Positions 39,537 to 50,300 of a stretch of DNA of 64,000 nt are shown one piece after another. Positions within the stretch are counted from its first letter, which is position 1, and each line of letters starts with the position of its first letter. The translations under genes and the position numbers were made by a program. Source of the DNA: Myxococcota bacterium (GTDB lineage Bacteria; Myxococcota_A; SURF-8; G963663525); NCBI GenBank assembly GCA_963676915.2, contig CAXXVK010000067.1, positions 1 to 64,000 on the forward strand, in the 5' to 3' direction. The notes under the pieces were generated by a model that searched no databases, was not told the origin of the DNA, and saw only the letters and a program-made list of their open reading frames with translations.

Positions 39537-39963
39537 TTATTTTTCGTTTTCTTTATCGTTGTCGAATAGCAAACGATTGAACTTCGCTTCGTAGCGTTGC
39601 GCGTCCGAACCGATACCCAATTTCGATTTATAGTTGCGGATCGCTTCATCCACAACGAGATCGATCAGCGGGTCCAACTCGTCGCCGATTTTTTCCAGTA
39701 TTTTCGCTTTGGCGCGTTCTTTGATGACTTCGTTCACGGCTTCGTCCGTGAGACGCTCCATCTGTTGACGCATTCGTGCCGGTTCGCTCTCTCCCGGAAT
39801 GGTTCATTCTCGGCGGACCTTCTCTGTGGTTCCTGCCACCTCGGTCACCGTGATTTTCATCATGTCGCATCTCTGAGGGACGATCGAAACCGTCATGCGG
39901 AGAATGGCACCGGGGATCGTTCCATTGCGGTCCTCGATTCGGGCCTCGTCGGTCGTGTTCCAT
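39537..39963 (-). CDS. Hypothetical protein: low-complexity R/G/H/D N-terminus plus a helical C-terminus, probably one gene with a frameshift near 39790
   Basis: The ORF starting at 39963 has a strong SD (AAGGAGG); a protein-like helical part lies in an overlapping frame at 39537..39773. Confidence 0.5.
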
Positions 39964-39978
39964 GCTGGGCCTCCTTCC

Positions 39979-42615
39979 TTAAAGCAAGGTTACCTTGCCA
40001 GAGGAATTTAAAAATCGTTGAAAACGCCCGGTTCGGGCGGCATTTCCCTGGTGCTGTCGCCACTCCATCGAGGTGTTGGGGCCAGTGGAGTCTACCGTCA
40101 GGCTGTAGACTCTCATATCGGAACTTACAGCGATCAGATCTCCCCATGGAGTCAGCAATACTGGGGCCAGTACACGTCCCGGCGTCGTATGATCGCCTTC
40201 CGTCTTGTAGCGCCAGCGGTCCCGAGCTGTGGAAATATCTTCGGGGTGAGCATCGATGGCTTGGATCACTCCGCGAGGGGTCAATCCTGTTCCGACGTAC
40301 AAGCGATTTTCTGCGGATAGGGCAGGGGTTCCGATGACTTCGCCCTGAGTACGAATACGGAACAGTTCCTGGGGGATCTGGTCCGGGAACTGTGTGTTTG
40401 GGGCTTGCATGGCCATCAGATACGGAGCGGTTCCCGCAGTGGAAACCTCGGTGCCGGAAAAGTAAATTTTTCGGGGGGCGTCACCTTCTTCGGCAACCGG
40501 AATCGGTTGGGCCGTGTTCATGATATGGCTATTCATCGGAAATGGCGTGAAGCGTTCGAAATTTGTCTGATAGAGGTGAAGTTTGCTGATCGTGGAGAAG
40601 TAGACGATTCCTTCCTCGGAATCGATACCGAAGCCGCCACGGAAACGACTGTCCGAGGTCGAAGAGAAAGAATTTTGCCCCGCAACACCCCCCGTTTCAG
40701 GAATCAAACGGTAAAGTGTCGTATTGCTCGAAACCCACAAGCGGTTACGGGAAGCATCATAGGCCATCGAAATGCTGGTTACAATGCTGGTCGAACTGAA
40801 TTTCTTTTCCATCGTCCAACCGTTGAGTTCCGGTTGGTTGGCATCATAAGAATAGGTTCCAAGATAAATATCGAAACCGTTGGAACGGATGGTGGCATAG
40901 ACCATCTTGAGAGTGAATCCGTTCCCCAAATTTTCGCGAGAAACCAAAACGGGCGAACCGACAAGCTGCGCTCCCGCTTCGACGATCTCCGAGGCAATGC
41001 ACGTTCCCCCTGTTTGATCCAGGCGAATCCAGGCTTTGCCGTCCTCGTCTCCCCAAACGATCGCCGTCGGCTGGCTTTCGTTGCCTTCGCTAACCATCGG
41101 TCCCGCCGTGATGCCGCCTTCTCCTTCGCAGGACCACAACGGCGTTCCTTCGGTGTCCAAAGCGGTTAGAGTGTCGTACAGCGGTGCGTACAGGTGACCG
41201 TTACTCGAAGCGGCGGGAGCCTGGTAGTTTTCGAACGATGGGAGCGGAGAAATCCCGGAATCGTAGCGCCACTTCAATCGATCCACGGCGACCACGCGGC
41301 AGAACGGATCTCCGGCGTTGCCGAGAAGATCTTTCGGGCCATGTTCGTCGTCTTCGCCGATGACCTGAATTTCAAGGTACAGAGGATAGTATTTTTCTCC
41401 GACCAGAATGTCGTCGAAGTGCTCGATTTCCAAAGGCAATTCATCGGTTGTATTGGTTCCGGCAAGAATCGTCGTGCTTCCTGCGCGATACGTCGAAAGG
41501 TCGAAAACGTCTACACCGGAGGGGTCTACGATGTCGATGGAAAACGCCTGATCGACACTCAAACTGGGCAGGCAATACCCACCGGAAATCCCGTTTCCGC
41601 AGTAATCATCCAAGGTTGCACATCGTTGTCCTTCGGGACAGTTTGAGTCTTCCACGCAGGCCGATCCTCCTTGAGACGAGGAGTCGAAACCCGAAATCCG
41701 CACTTCGGGAGCCGACGAATCGACCGTGAACTGAAGTTGATCCGGTTCGCTGTCTTTTCTTCCAAGCGCATCCACGCCCGTTAGCGTCAACGAGTGAGCG
41801 CCGGGAGAGAGTTCATCGACTCCGAACAGATCCAGCACCGGTTGTAAGTCGTCCGAATCCACATCCACCGGGTCAAGGTTCTGAAAATCCAATACCACTT
41901 CGATATGGTCCAGCCGGGAACCTTCTTCCACGGCAAGTTTTACCTCTATTCGTTCACCGAAATGATATTCCTTCGCGGGATCTTGTGGATTGGGTTCGGC
42001 AATCGTCAACGACGGAGCGCTGTGGTCGATCACAAACTCTCGTTCAGCCTCAATAATTTCGAGAGAAGAATTCCTGGCCAGGGCTTTCACGACAACATTG
42101 CCCTCGGCTTCGCCGCTCGTGTCCCATAGAAATTCCCAAGGTTCTTGTTGTAATACGGTCAGTTCGCGATCCCCGATGCGAAAGGAAACGTCGGCTACAT
42201 CCATGTTCTGGATTTCGACCTTTAACAAAACGCTCTGATCGACCATTTCGTCTTCATCAGGTTGGAGAAATTCGACGGTAGCCACCGGAAGGTCTTCTTC
42301 TTCCTCTTCGATGACATCGATTTCGTCCTCGTCCGGTTCGAACTCCTCTTCATCCATTTCCTGGATTTCTTCTTCATCCGCTTCAGGCGGTTCCGGGTCG
42401 TTTTCGACAGGTTCGTCCACGTCCGGGTCTCCTGCCGAAACCTGGCAGATGTTTTTCTCCAGATCGCAGGTCATGCCATCGGGACAATTCTCGTCCGAAA
42501 AACAGGCAATGACGTTTTCCTCGTCGTTGTCTCCAACGGTATTTCCCGAGTTCGATGTCCCGCTACACGCGACCAGAAACAGCAACAATCCCAACAAACC
42601 GATCCGAATGCTCAT
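39979..42615 (-). CDS. Lipoprotein with a Cys module, acidic linker, Ig-like (Big) domains and a PQQ-type beta-propeller
   Basis: Lipobox FLVAC; EPWEFLWDT...IDHSAP and VDSSAP Ig-like ends; KWRYD, PLWS and RWRYKT propeller blades; WRQHQGNAARTG terminus. Confidence 0.82.
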   Translation of the reverse strand: MSIRIGLLGLLLFLVACSGTSNSGNTVGDNDEENVIACFSDENCPDGMTCDLEKNICQVSAGDPDVDEPVENDPEPPEADEEEIQEMDEEEFEPDEDEIDVIEEEEEDLPVATVEFLQPDEDEMVDQSVLLKVEIQNMDVADVSFRIGDRELTVLQQEPWEFLWDTSGEAEGNVVVKALARNSSLEIIEAEREFVIDHSAPSLTIAEPNPQDPAKEYHFGERIEVKLAVEEGSRLDHIEVVLDFQNLDPVDVDSDDLQPVLDLFGVDELSPGAHSLTLTGVDALGRKDSEPDQLQFTVDSSAPEVRISGFDSSSQGGSACVEDSNCPEGQRCATLDDYCGNGISGGYCLPSLSVDQAFSIDIVDPSGVDVFDLSTYRAGSTTILAGTNTTDELPLEIEHFDDILVGEKYYPLYLEIQVIGEDDEHGPKDLLGNAGDPFCRVVAVDRLKWRYDSGISPLPSFENYQAPAASSNGHLYAPLYDTLTALDTEGTPLWSCEGEGGITAGPMVSEGNESQPTAIVWGDEDGKAWIRLDQTGGTCIASEIVEAGAQLVGSPVLVSRENLGNGFTLKMVYATIRSNGFDIYLGTYSYDANQPELNGWTMEKKFSSTSIVTSISMAYDASRNRLWVSSNTTLYRLIPETGGVAGQNSFSSTSDSRFRGGFGIDSEEGIVYFSTISKLHLYQTNFERFTPFPMNSHIMNTAQPIPVAEEGDAPRKIYFSGTEVSTAGTAPYLMAMQAPNTQFPDQIPQELFRIRTQGEVIGTPALSAENRLYVGTGLTPRGVIQAIDAHPEDISTARDRWRYKTEGDHTTPGRVLAPVLLTPWGDLIAVSSDMRVYSLTVDSTGPNTSMEWRQHQGNAARTGRFQRFLNSSGKVTLL

Positions 42616-42723
42616 GTCAACCTCTCCGCTTCCTTTGGAAACCGGATACGAGTTCGTACACTTTCCAGAATCCATAGAATATCAAAGAGAGTCCCGGACA
42701 GCAAGATGGAAACCATTAGCGGA

Positions 42724-42923
42724 GGCGCATCACAAAATAGTGCGACTTTCGTAAAATCCTCTTTTTTCGTAGCGGCGAGGCGTAAGCCCGCCGTTTTTGC
42801 CTTTTGAAAGTTGTTTTTATGCCCCCAATCTCCCTTTTCGGCGGGCTTACGCCTCGCCGCTACAACCAAATGAATGAATGCTTCAATATTATTGGGCCAA
42901 TTCGCACCATTTTGTGATGCACC
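42724..42923. mobile_element. Non-autonomous MITE (200 bp) with 22-bp TIRs and an 11-bp target-site duplication
   Basis: Left TIR GGCGCATCACAAAATAGTGCGA; right TIR (reverse complement) GGTGCATCACAAAATGGTGCGA, 20/22 identical; CCATTAGCGGA directly repeated at 42713-42723 and 42924-42934. Confidence 0.85.
42769..42863. repeat. REP doublet, family C, nested inside the MITE
   Basis: GTAGCGGCGAGGCGTAAGCCCGCCG (42769-42793) and its perfect reverse complement (42839-42863). Confidence 0.88.
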
Positions 42924-43143
42924 CCATTAGCGGATAAACGTTGTCAGTAGGATTTCGGGGAACTCGTTTCATGCTATACTTATCCGACACAGGAAAATCT
43001 GAAAAATGATGATTCGGTACGAATTTTTTTTCGTGGTGTGACACTTTGCCGAACTTTTGGTGTTGTTTCGACAGCAGGTGCGAAACCTTCGAACGAAGAA
43101 CGCACCAGATATTTTACCGAATGTCGAGATGCAAAGGAATTTG

Positions 43144-44691
43144 ATGATGAAAACGATCACGAAAACAGCATTTTGGATGGTTGTCCTGCCAATCCTGTTT
43201 CTCTCCCATCCAGTTAAGGCCGAATCCCTCCCTACGACGTCCGCTACTCATCCGCAGCCGCCTTCGATGACCGAAAGCGATTCCGAGGCGGTTGCGGATA
43301 CCTCTTCCCGCGAAGAAGCCGCTCAGGTCATTCAAGCGGCGGAGATCGTAAACGAAGCGGCTGTGGAAACCGTCGAAAACGAGGTTGAGCTTGAGGAAAT
43401 CAGCTCCGATCAACCAAAGGAAGGAGAAATCGTCGCCGACGAAACATCCTCGGAAGAGGCAGAGAAAACCGAAAAGAAATACACCGATGTTGCTTTCGAT
43501 ATCGGCCTGTTCCCGAGCGCCAATATCAATGAAGCTTTCGACGGTCCTATCCGAAACAACGTGTCTTTGGGGATTTTCGGAACCAAGCAGGATAAACTCA
43601 AAGGTTTCGGTGCCAGTTTGTTTTTGAACCGTCAGGATGACGAAATGGTTGGTATGACGGTAAGTTACGGCCTTAACCTCAGTTTGCGCCGAACCAAAGG
43701 TTTTCAAGCTGCCATGCTGATGAACTACAGCGGCGACGATATGGACGGTTTCCAGGCGGCAGCGATATACAACCATGTCGGTGGACGAAGCCGAGGCGTG
43801 CAGGCATCTGCGATCGCCAACGTGACCGTCGGGGATTTCTCGGGTGCTCAACTGGCCACGATCAGTTCTGTAACTGCTGGAAATTTCAAAGGATTGCAAC
43901 TCAGTATCGCCTCGGTTACCGTGGGTGAAACCAAAGGTGTACAAGCCGGATTGGGAACCTACTCTAAAAACGTGGAAGGCGGCCAGTTGGGTTTGTTGAA
44001 CATCCAGAACGGCGAATCCCTGAAAGGTTTTCAGTGGGGTCTGGTGGATTTGAGCATTTCCGAAACCTCCTACGGTCCTCAATTCGGACTGTTCAACCTC
44101 ACGACAGGTTCCCACAAAGGCGTCCAGGCCGGATTACTCAACGTAGCGACCCGCAAGGTCAAGGGCGCTCAGATCGGTCTGTTCAACTATGCCGAGGAAG
44201 CCGACGCCCCCATCGGCCTGATCAGCATCGTGAAAAACGGAATGCTCCACGGTAATTTCTGGACCAGCGATACGGCTTTGATCAACGCCGGACTGAAATT
44301 CGGTGGCAAGTATGTGTACAACATCGTCAGTGCCGGAATTCAGCCGACCGCCGATTCTTTCACGATGTCGTTAGGTTGGGGCATTGGCGGCCACGCGCCG
44401 ATCCACGAAAAATGGTTCATCGACTCGGACCTTATGTTCCACCGACAAAGCCGCATGAGCGATTTCAACGACTTCGCGATGGTCAACAAGCTGCGGGTAA
44501 TGGCTGGATGGCAGCTTAGCGACGATGTAGCCCTGCTTTTCGGACCGACTCTCAACGTGATCGTTACCGAAGCGAAGAACATCGATGCCGGAGACGTAAG
44601 CTATATTTCCGATCTGAAAACGGAACGTTTCGACAACAACCGCCGGGCTATCAGCATCATGCCGGGATTCATGGCCGGTATTCAAATCTAA
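43144..44691 (+). CDS. LA_2272-like GxQ-repeat surface protein with a C-terminal beta-strand domain
   Basis: Signal peptide, acidic linker, about 11 repeats of G-[FVALGP]-Q-x-[GAS]-x-x-N, then PIGLISIV and an amphipathic C-terminus ending AGIQI. Confidence 0.8.
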   Translation: MMKTITKTAFWMVVLPILFLSHPVKAESLPTTSATHPQPPSMTESDSEAVADTSSREEAAQVIQAAEIVNEAAVETVENEVELEEISSDQPKEGEIVADETSSEEAEKTEKKYTDVAFDIGLFPSANINEAFDGPIRNNVSLGIFGTKQDKLKGFGASLFLNRQDDEMVGMTVSYGLNLSLRRTKGFQAAMLMNYSGDDMDGFQAAAIYNHVGGRSRGVQASAIANVTVGDFSGAQLATISSVTAGNFKGLQLSIASVTVGETKGVQAGLGTYSKNVEGGQLGLLNIQNGESLKGFQWGLVDLSISETSYGPQFGLFNLTTGSHKGVQAGLLNVATRKVKGAQIGLFNYAEEADAPIGLISIVKNGMLHGNFWTSDTALINAGLKFGGKYVYNIVSAGIQPTADSFTMSLGWGIGGHAPIHEKWFIDSDLMFHRQSRMSDFNDFAMVNKLRVMAGWQLSDDVALLFGPTLNVIVTEAKNIDAGDVSYISDLKTERFDNNRRAISIMPGFMAGIQI

Positions 44692-44714
44692 ACCAACTCG
44701 GAACAGAAAACGAA

Positions 44715-44753
44715 AACACGGGTCAAGCTTCGCGCTTGGCCCGTGTTGTTTTT
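44715..44753. terminator. Probable bidirectional terminator between convergent genes
   Basis: AACACGGGTCAAGC-TTCGC-GCTTGGCCCGTGTT stem with an A-rich left flank and a T-rich right flank. Confidence 0.7.
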
Positions 44754-44783
44754 GCTTGGTGGTTTGTTACGAAATAGAGCGAT

Positions 44784-45290
44784 TTAGAACGGGATGTCGT
44801 CCTCGGGGTTTTCGTCGTATTCCGGTCCGGGGAGGTCGTTGGGTTGGTTTTGGTTGGACTGCTGGGGCCGACGTTCGTATCCACCGCCTCCGCCGCCTTG
44901 ATTGTAGCCGCCACCGCCACCACCATCCTGGTTGTAACGTTGTCCCGAGGATTGTCGATCTCCGCCGCTGAGGAAAACGATTTCACGGGCGACGATTTCG
45001 GTTACGTAGCGGTCCATTCCGTCGCGATCCTGATACTTGCGGGTCTGGATTCGTCCCTCGACATACACCTGTCGTCCCTTGGAGAGATACTGGCCGCACA
45101 ATTCGGCAAGTTTTCCCCAGACGACGATTTTATGCCACTCGGTTTTTTCCTGGCGTTCCGGTCCTTGGCCCCAGGCTTCGGTGGTGGCAATGGTGAAATT
45201 GGCCACGGCACGTCCTCCCTGTGTGAAACGCACTTCAGGATCACGACCTAGATTTCCCAATAAAGTCACTTTGTTTACGCTATAAGCCAT
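44784..45290 (-). CDS. ssb: Single-stranded DNA-binding protein
   Basis: [34 protein letters not shown], Gly-rich linker, C-terminal DDIPF. Confidence 0.97.
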   Translation of the reverse strand: MAYSVNKVTLLGNLGRDPEVRFTQGGRAVANFTIATTEAWGQGPERQEKTEWHKIVVWGKLAELCGQYLSKGRQVYVEGRIQTRKYQDRDGMDRYVTEIVAREIVFLSGGDRQSSGQRYNQDGGGGGGYNQGGGGGGYERRPQQSNQNQPNDLPGPEYDENPEDDIPF

Positions 45291-45406
45291 CGAAAAATAC
45301 TCCCTTTTCGTGTGAAATCATGAAATGAGTCTACGAACTGTCGAACGAGGTGTCAAGACTTGAGCAAAAACGATTTTTCACGAAAACCAGTGTGGATCAG
45401 CAAAGG

Positions 45407-47032
45407 TCATCCACGGATTTTTTTAAGGCTTTCCTTGGCGTGCTCGACGACCCGATCCTGTCCCAGCATGGAATACACATGGATTCTCAGCATCTGTACG
45501 CGGGGATCGAAGGGGTTGATCGCCTCGGCCTCTTCCAGCGCCAACGCGGCCTGGTCCCATTGCTCCAACTCCGAGTAAGCGCGCGCCAGCCGAATGACGG
45601 TGCCTACGTAACTCGGATACAGTTCATGCACGTCCCGAAGGTTGTCGAGTGCGGCTTGCGGGTTTTCGAGCGTCAACGCGATTTCGGCAATCATGTTCTG
45701 CAAGGTGAGGTTGGATTTGGAGCCGATGAGTCGTTGGGCCTTCTCGAATTCGGTCAATGCGGCACGGGGGCGGTTGCGGTCTTTCAGCAATTTTCCCAAC
45801 GTTACGAAATTACGTGCTTTTTCCTGCTCGATGGATTCCGGGTCATCGCCGATATCCTTGGCCGCCGGGTCGCTTACATCAATGAAGGCGTAATCTCTCG
45901 CTTTTCCGGCATGGGCGGGTAGTGTTTTTAAGCCCCATTTCGAAACTTCCAGTTTCCAGCGATCGAAAAGCTGTGAGAAACCGAAGCCGTAGACTTTGCG
46001 AAACGTGGTTTCCAGGTCGCCATCGGTGTCGCGCAGGGTGGTTAACAGACTATGGATGCTCTGTTTGCCGTTGCGGATTTTCAGCCAGTGGATGACGGTC
46101 TGTACCTCGGCGAAGGCGAGGGCGGTATGGTCCTGACTGGGAAGATAGGCCATGGATGGATGCATTTCATCGAAGGTAACGAAACTGTTTTCACGCAATG
46201 CGACGGCTAACAAATCTTCGGAACTCGGTTCCAGCGGTTTGCCCTCTTCGCTTCGCCAACGGATTTCGTGATACTTGGCCAATCCTTCGTGCAGCCAGAT
46301 CGGAACGGTAGCGCGGCTGGCCCGGTTGATCACGAGATGCACGTATTCGTGGGAAGCGGTGTCCCGCCAGCGATAGCCCATCAGGGAGGCTCGCGGCGTG
46401 GTGATCATCAGCCGGTTGAACTTGCAAATTGCGATAACACCGCTGGTTTTCAGGTCTTTCACCGTCAACCCGGTGGCCTGGGCCAGGTGTTTCAGAGAAG
46501 GGTAGACTTCGAGGGCGATCCGGTCGGGCGGAGCATAGCCCATGTCTTCTCTGAGGGCTTCGTATTCTCGCTCCAGCGTTTCCAGGGCTTCATCGGCTAG
46601 TATTTCGTCTTCGGGATCGAGGGAACGAAATTCGAAATGTTCGCTCTTTTTCGAGAAATAATCGGTCATAAACGACGCAACCGCTTCAAGCTGGATCTCG
46701 AAACCGTGCTCGGGAACCTCGTATTTTCCCCGAATCGCTTCCAGATGCGTCATCGCCTCGGGATAATCGGCACGATTGAAGTAATATTCGGCCAGAAAGC
46801 GGCGTGTTGGGATGGTGTCGTACCCTTCATCAAGGATCGTGCTGGCGATTTCCGCCGCGTCTTCCATCTGCCAATCGCGAATGGCTTCGAATCCCTGTCT
46901 AGCGAGTTCTTCGGGGGAATCTTCGGCCAAAGCCTGACCCAACGGGAAGATCGAAAGGAGAAGAACAAAAACCACCAGTGATTTCAATCTATTGTGTTTC
47001 CCCAAGGGGATCTTTGCTTGCTTTGTCATCAT
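45407..47032 (-). CDS. Exported peptidase MA-family metallohydrolase with TPR repeats
   Basis: HEYVH zinc motif and PIWLHEGLAKY; TPR-like helices at both ends; signal peptide. Confidence 0.85.
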   Translation of the reverse strand: MMTKQAKIPLGKHNRLKSLVVFVLLLSIFPLGQALAEDSPEELARQGFEAIRDWQMEDAAEIASTILDEGYDTIPTRRFLAEYYFNRADYPEAMTHLEAIRGKYEVPEHGFEIQLEAVASFMTDYFSKKSEHFEFRSLDPEDEILADEALETLEREYEALREDMGYAPPDRIALEVYPSLKHLAQATGLTVKDLKTSGVIAICKFNRLMITTPRASLMGYRWRDTASHEYVHLVINRASRATVPIWLHEGLAKYHEIRWRSEEGKPLEPSSEDLLAVALRENSFVTFDEMHPSMAYLPSQDHTALAFAEVQTVIHWLKIRNGKQSIHSLLTTLRDTDGDLETTFRKVYGFGFSQLFDRWKLEVSKWGLKTLPAHAGKARDYAFIDVSDPAAKDIGDDPESIEQEKARNFVTLGKLLKDRNRPRAALTEFEKAQRLIGSKSNLTLQNMIAEIALTLENPQAALDNLRDVHELYPSYVGTVIRLARAYSELEQWDQAALALEEAEAINPFDPRVQMLRIHVYSMLGQDRVVEHAKESLKKIRG

Positions 47033-47159
47033 GACCTGATCCTGAATGTCGATTTTCCAGAAAACAATCTTTACCATATAATAACACTTTAAAATAAAAC
47101 CACAAGATACCGAAATTTTAGACAGCATGGACAGTGCGGCATCGCTTTGCAGTCCTGTA

Positions 47160-47224
47160 GTAGGTCGGGCAAATTTTTAGCCCGACACCTTGGCATTGTC
47201 GGGCAAGAAATTTGCCCGACCTAC
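47160..47224. repeat. REPIN, family A copy 2
   Basis: GTAGGTCGGGCAAATTTTTAGCCCGACACCTTGGCATTGTCGGGCAAGAAATTTGCCCGACCTAC, nearly identical to 17672-17736 including the spacer. Confidence 0.9.
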
Positions 47225-47349
47225 GCGAGATGTTTTTGATACCGGAAGCAACCTTGACAGGTTGTTGAGTAGTAAAAATCGCGAAACAAATGAAAGATCG
47301 AGAGTTTTCATGTCGTAGGTGATTCTTCATGAATTATCCGGGTTTAGGC

Positions 47350-50300
47350 TTATTGTTGCATCATCTCACGGTACCATGAGCGAATCTGTCCCTCGTACTG
47401 TTCCGGGGCTTTTTCACCCTGAGCTTTTTGGATTTCCAGCAAATCTTCGTTCGTATGTTTACCTTCGGGAATCGCCACTTTTTCGGGACTGAGCCGTCGC
47501 CCGGAATGGGTTCGGCCTTTTCCCGGTTTGTTTCCCGAGCGCATTTGTTGCATGGTCTGTTGGAGGCTTTCCTTCAGTTTTCCCAGTTGGTGTAGGGCTT
47601 CCTGTTGCCGTCCTCCGGCTGGAGAGGGCTGGAAGCGCTTCAGTTCTTCTCCGGCCTGATGCATGGCTTGATGGGCCTGACGCATCTGGTTTTCCGATTC
47701 GGGGTCCATCATCGGCAGTTTTTCCATCAACTCTTCCAGACTCCGGCGGGTTCCCATGGCTTCCTGGGAAAGTCGTTGCTGTTCGCCCCCGATCTGCTCC
47801 ATAGCCTCGCGGCCCTTCTGTCCCATCAACTTTTCGGGCGTGGGCATCATCTCTTCGAGCTTTTGAACGATGTCTTCAACGTTCCCGGACGCTTGTTTCA
47901 CCTTCGCGGCCCGTTGTTCCTGTTTCGCGTTTTTCGGCTGTCCCGGATCGGTGAACACGTCCAGCTCGGCGATGCGCCGTCCGGCCTCCCGTGCGGAATC
48001 GAGCGAAGTTCCGAAGTCATGGTTTTCTAAAAGCTGGGCCAGTTCGTCCAGTTTGTTCAAGGCGCTGGCCTTGCGTTCCTGCAACAGGCGGAAACGTCCC
48101 ACGTCGAGGTCTTCGAGCAGCTTTTGCGATGCCCGCGCCTTTTTGGCGAGATCGTCGGAGAGCTTTTCGTACTCTTTTTGCATCAACTGTTCCAGCTTTT
48201 GGCGATACGCTTCTTCCTGGCGGTCGGTGTCGCCTTTGATTTCCTGCTGTTTGTTCTCCAACTGGGCGACTTGACGAGTGAATTCCTCCAACTCCTTCAC
48301 CTGCTCACCGAAAAGATCCTCCTGCAATTCATCCGAGGTTTCCTGCATGTCGCTGAGCATCTCTTCCAGTTTCTGTTGCATCTGCTCCAGTTCCGCCAAG
48401 GCGTCGTCCAGGTTTCCTTGACGAATCATGTCTTCCACCTGCCCGAGATCGTTGAGTTGTTCCTCCTGCCGGGCTTTCATGTTGGTGAATTCCTCTGGCT
48501 TCATCTTGTTCATCTGGGCCAGTTGGTTCATCAAATCGGAAATTTTCTGCTTCATCTGAGCGATGCGTTCGAGCAGTTGTTTTTCGAGCGCTTTGTCTCC
48601 CGTGGCGGCGTACTCTTTCAGGAGTCGGTGCAACTCTTCCCGCATCTCGGACAGTCGTTCCGTTTCGGCCACCAGAGCGTCGTAGCGTTGTTTGTCGATC
48701 AGATCCTTAAGCGCGATGATGTGCGTTTCCAGGGTTTCTACCAGGTCTTTTTGATTGTAGACGGCCATATGCTGCTCGCCGTCGAAAGTCGTCATCCGCC
48801 TTTTGTACAACTCCAGATTTTGCAGGCGGCGGCGGAACTTTTTCAACAGTTCGTCAAAGCGCTCGGCGGCATTTTCCAGCAATGCCACCACACCCTTGGT
48901 GCTCAGCGGATCTTCGGTCATCTGTGCGGAAATTTCTCGTAGCGGCTCGACCAGACGCCGGTTGACCTCGGTTCCCGTCTCCGTATAGAACGTCGAGAGA
49001 CTTTCGTAGGTCGGTTTCACCCATTCATCCGCCGGTTTTTCCAGGTTGTCTCCCAGGATATCGATCATCGATTCCCAGATTTCCTCCTGGCGGGCGATCA
49101 GTTTTTCGTGATGTTCGTAGATGGAAAAGATTTTGAGGTAATGGGTCGCCGAAACGCCACGTTTGGGACCGGAAACCGAGTCATTGTCCATCGCTTCGAT
49201 GTAATAACTCACCTGATCCCCCGGTTGCCAGACCGTCCCGGCGAGATCCCACAAGGTGCTCCCCTGATAACTGCGGCGATTGTTTTTAAAACTTTCGACC
49301 GGCACCTGTACGTCTTTGCGACCTTTTCCCGTATCGTAACTATAAACAAGCTGGACACCGGTCAGGCCGAAATCGTCCTCGACGCGAAACGTTACGTCGA
49401 TTTTGTCCGTATCCCGGACTTCCAACTCGGTTTCGGGAAAATCGATTGCGACTTGAGGTACCCGGTCGGCTATCAGCTTGATCGATTGACGGCGGGCGTC
49501 GGGTTCTCCGTCGAATACGAAACGGTAGCGGTCGGCCTCGTTGAGAATGAAGCTTCCTTCGAATTGCCGGTTGCCTTTGGGATTCAACGGAACCGCCTCG
49601 CCGTTTTCGCGTTCCAGCAAGGCTTCGTCGGCATCGATGGACGACGTAACCGCCAGCGTCACCCGCGTTCCCTTGTACGCCTCGATCGTGCCGGAAGAGT
49701 TTGAAAGTACCCGAGGTTCCAGGTTTGTATAAGCAGGGTAGGTGTAGGTCAGCCGAATATCTCCGGCCAGGAAACTGGCCATCGAATCCAAAAGATTAGA
49801 GTCACCGGAAGTCGAAGCAAGGCTCGCCCAGGCTCGTTGCCATCCTGCCGGCCAGGCAAGCCATACCGTTGCGGCGACAGCGACGGAAAGTGCCGTCATT
49901 GCAAAGGGTTTCAGAATGTTGCGCCACCCGGCGAATCCTTTGGTGCCAACGTGCTCCAACTCGGTGCCGAGATCATCCACGGTTCGGCGTGCCAGGGCGG
50001 CGGAATAGTCTTTTTCCCGCTCGTCTTGCAATTCGAGGGCGAGTTCCGTGGCGCTTAACAGTCGGTCGTGAAACGATGGCTTGTGTTGCTCGATCCAACC
50101 CGCGACGCGAATGGGGCGGCGGTACTCTCGGATCGGGTAGAACAGGTACCGAAGGAACAGATAACTTCCCCAAAGGAAGGGAGGCAAAAGGACGAGAGGT
50201 TTCAGCCAGGGATTTCCCACGCCGAAATGCACCAGCAGCACCGCCCAAAGTCCCGTGACCGATGCAGCGAGGATCGTCCCGAGAACGAAATGCAGGGCCA

